Source: Takakia lepidozioides
Lineage: Eukaryota; Plantae; Bryophyta
Reading direction: 5' to 3'
Length of the DNA stretch: 64,000 nt
Assembly: GCA_030704615.1 (NCBI GenBank)
Contig: CM060733.1
Location: 64,108,001-64,172,000 of the forward strand
Shown: piece after piece, positions 61,237 through 64,000 of the stretch
How positions within the stretch are numbered: the stretch's first letter is position 1
Layout of the letters: the number at the start of each line of letters is the position of its first letter
The notes under the pieces: model-generated
The model's input: the letters and a program-made list of their open reading frames with translations, nothing else
What the model was told of the DNA's origin: nothing
Database searches by the model: none
Program-made: the position numbers and the translations under genes

Positions 61237-64000
61237 GAAACCCTAACTCCTACCCTATAATCTACTGTTTAAACCTAGCTAACGGATGACATCCGCCGGG
61301 TTCTTAAGAAAAAGGGTATTGATTATTCATCCTACGGATGAAAAATCGGGCTTTGCCCTAGGGTGTCTCTCCCGCTGTCAGCTGCATTCCTCATGCTGCT
61401 GAGCTCGCAAGTTATGGCGTCTGAGCCCTGTTGCTACCCTGTCTGCTGCTTCATGCCGGACGAGCTCCTGGGGATGCAAAATGGCGGCGTCTTGTCTCTT
61501 CTCACAGGCGGGAGAACCTGCTGTGATGGCATCATCCCTTTCCCTCCTCTGGCTTTTATGTTTCGCAGCGGCGCTTTGGTGGGGAAGTATATCGCTCCCT
61601 CTCCCTTCTTAGACCTAGCATTTGTATGCTTTGCTTCTCCTTAGCTGTGCTGGAGGTGGCGTGTTGGTGGCGATGGCGCAGTGTTACCTTCCCCAATCGC
61701 TCAAGGTGTTTTTGGCAATTAGGGTTCATTTTACTTCATATATTTTTCTCTTGTCTCTTGGGGTTCTTAGTTGACATCGATAACAAGTGTAGGGGTCTGT
61801 GATTCACCTGGGGTTCCACAATCCTCACTAACCCATTGGTTTTTGTGGGGGCTTGTGATGGGACCAGGTGAGGATCCCTACCTACTTTGAATTCTCTTGA
61901 GCTTGCAGATAAGGATGTGTGCAAAAGGAACATACTGCTGCTGCCTGCAGCCCCGATTTCGGCCCGCTTGCTCCTAGTTTGACATGATAATGCTTGCTTT
62001 TGACTTATCTTTTGCTACTGCTAATGGAGCACTTTGGCCTGGCAGCCTTGTCTCTTGCAGCACTGCATGTGAATCCTACCTTGTCTTGAGTCTTTGACAG
62101 CTTTGCCTGTGGATTTTTAGACTTGTTCTTTTTGGCCTTATAAGAGGATTGATGGTATAAGGGACAAGTCATAAATGGTTGTTTTGCTATAAGGATGAGG
62201 AGACTGAGTTTTGTTAAAGAAGATAGCCTGATAAGGCAGTGACAAGCCGTTTTTAGACCTGGTTTTTTGTGGAATGGAGCATAGTGAGGTTCTATTTGCA
62301 AAACATGGCATTAGCCTCCTGTGATACAATGATGGTAAGCTCTAAAGGACTCTGGCCAATGATTATTTACTCTATTTTGCCATTTGAATAGGCATCTGCA
62401 TTGTATGATTTATCTTGGCCAAGTGGGCTTGGTCTTGGACACTCAAAGTGTATGTGTGTCCAGATCTGGATGTTGTGACAGGACAGACCTTTCTTCCATG
62501 CAAGAGTCCTATGTGCATAGGTCCTGAATATATACAATGACAGACTGTTCTTACATACCCAGAAGGCTTTGCAAGATGCATGCTTTGGGGTGCTTACATT
62601 TGACCAAATGTGAAGCTGTAATATGGCTTACCTTGCCCAAGAAGTGTACTTGGTGGCAGGCCAGAAGTGTACTTAATTGCAGGCTGGTCCTTCCTGCTGC
62701 CGGTGTGAACACTCACTAAATGTGTTGCAAGGCAGATTGTTCTTACCTACTTTGCATAATGCTTGTCTTGGATCACCTCAAGGTACTTGTGTGTGCATAT
62801 CTTGGATCTGTAATGTGGCAAGATACTCTTATATGCCCATGATATATTGCATGGTGCATATCTTATGGATAACTATGGATGATGTAATCTGAGGCTGCAA
62901 TCTGACTTATATTGTGCATAAGGGTCACTTGGGTACATGACAGGAATCTGATTATGAACATACCCCACCCTCCCACCCTGTTTTATCATGACTGAATGGG
63001 TGGCGTCACTTGGTGTGTTATGACAAGACTGGAAATGGCAAATGGTGCCCTGTCATGGGGCTGTTCCCTAGTTGGTCTTGTCCATGTCTTGACATGACAT
63101 GAATATCTTCCCACTCTTTCCCTCTCTCTTATTAACTTTTTCTACCCCCTCTTTCCCTCTGTGGTTTTTTTTTTTTTGTGAGCAACACGAAAGAGAGGGA
63201 AGATATACATGTCATGTCAAGACATGGACAAGACCGCTAAGGTCATTGTCATTGAAAGACAAAACAGCCCTTTACAGGGCACCATCTAACATTCTCTTTC
63301 ATGTTTACAATCTCATTTGAATACCCAATTACATTTCAGGGTCTCTGAAAAAACAGGGCGGGAGGGTGGGATTCCAGGTCATTCATATCATGAAAGCACC
63401 ATAGTACACATCATCATCTCAAGAATCCATTTTAAACTCATTTCAAAAACCAGATTGCAGGTTTGGTTTGAAGATGATGTTTTAGAACCAAGATATAAGC
63501 AAGATTCTTAAAAAGGAAGAAGAAACAACAGGGTAGAGCCCCTTAAGTAGGTATAGGCCTAGAATGGTATTTTAAGGCCTCATAAAATAGTTCTGCCAAG
63601 GTGAGAGAGCAGCTCAGAAACCCTGTTTGTTATCAAGCTATGAAACCAAAATGATATGAGGGCCTTGAAGAATGTGTGTTATCTATCAAAGCCTATCCTT
63701 TTGATCCATCAGAGTCATACCAAGAGTTCTCATTTCAGAGCCAAGTATCAAGGCAGTCAAAGTAATAACTGCTATTTTGTATCCTTGTATCCTTCATAGC
63801 TAAACTCCTACACATGCAAATGTGGTTGTAAAAACCATAAACAGGGGTAAGGAGAGAAGCAGATCCTCATTGGAGCCATCTTGGAGTAGGTCTGAAGCGG
63901 CATGGTGGTAGTTTGAAACAGCAGATGGCATCAGCAGCTTAGGCAGCAGCAGCCCACACTTGCAAGAACAGAACTGCAAGCTTCAGAAATCAAGACAAGT

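Noticed and set aside
50638-62014. 1.3-kb direct repeats as LTRs or DIRS split repeats
   Set aside because: No TG..CA ends, PBS, PPT, RT or tyrosine recombinase between them. Better explained as a segmental tandem duplication.

Overview
Eukaryotic, transposon-dense plant DNA. The retroelement types (Tcn1-like chromoviruses, a half-tRNA-primed Copia, a PHD-integrase Ty3) point to a non-seed land plant, but this is inference. One apparently intact host gene is present: a 5-exon GH31 alpha-glucosidase/xylosidase (15141-19509, +). Nested mobile DNA makes up most of the rest: three copies of one chromovirus family, a 16-kb non-chromovirus Ty3 with a ~1250-codon accessory ORF, a Copia nested in a gag-only Copia, a PHD-finger Ty3 remnant, LINE 3' fragments, a tRNA-SINE and a 4-bp-TSD MITE. 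A ~6.7-kb inversion (about 24046-30746) can be reconstructed to the base from TSDs and two restored reading frames. The most unusual signal is a set of decayed genes associated with one 22-bp palindrome (GGAAAnnCGGYRCCGnnTTTCC), which occurs in arrays, introns and an intergenic spacer. The genes are a spliced gene with a prokaryote-type beta-class N4C/N6A DNA-methyltransferase-like C-terminus, a head-to-head pair of unknown paralogues and a RING-H2 gene. They may be cargo of an undescribed large DNA element. No transposase and no MTase catalytic motif IV are visible in the window, so this remains a hypothesis.
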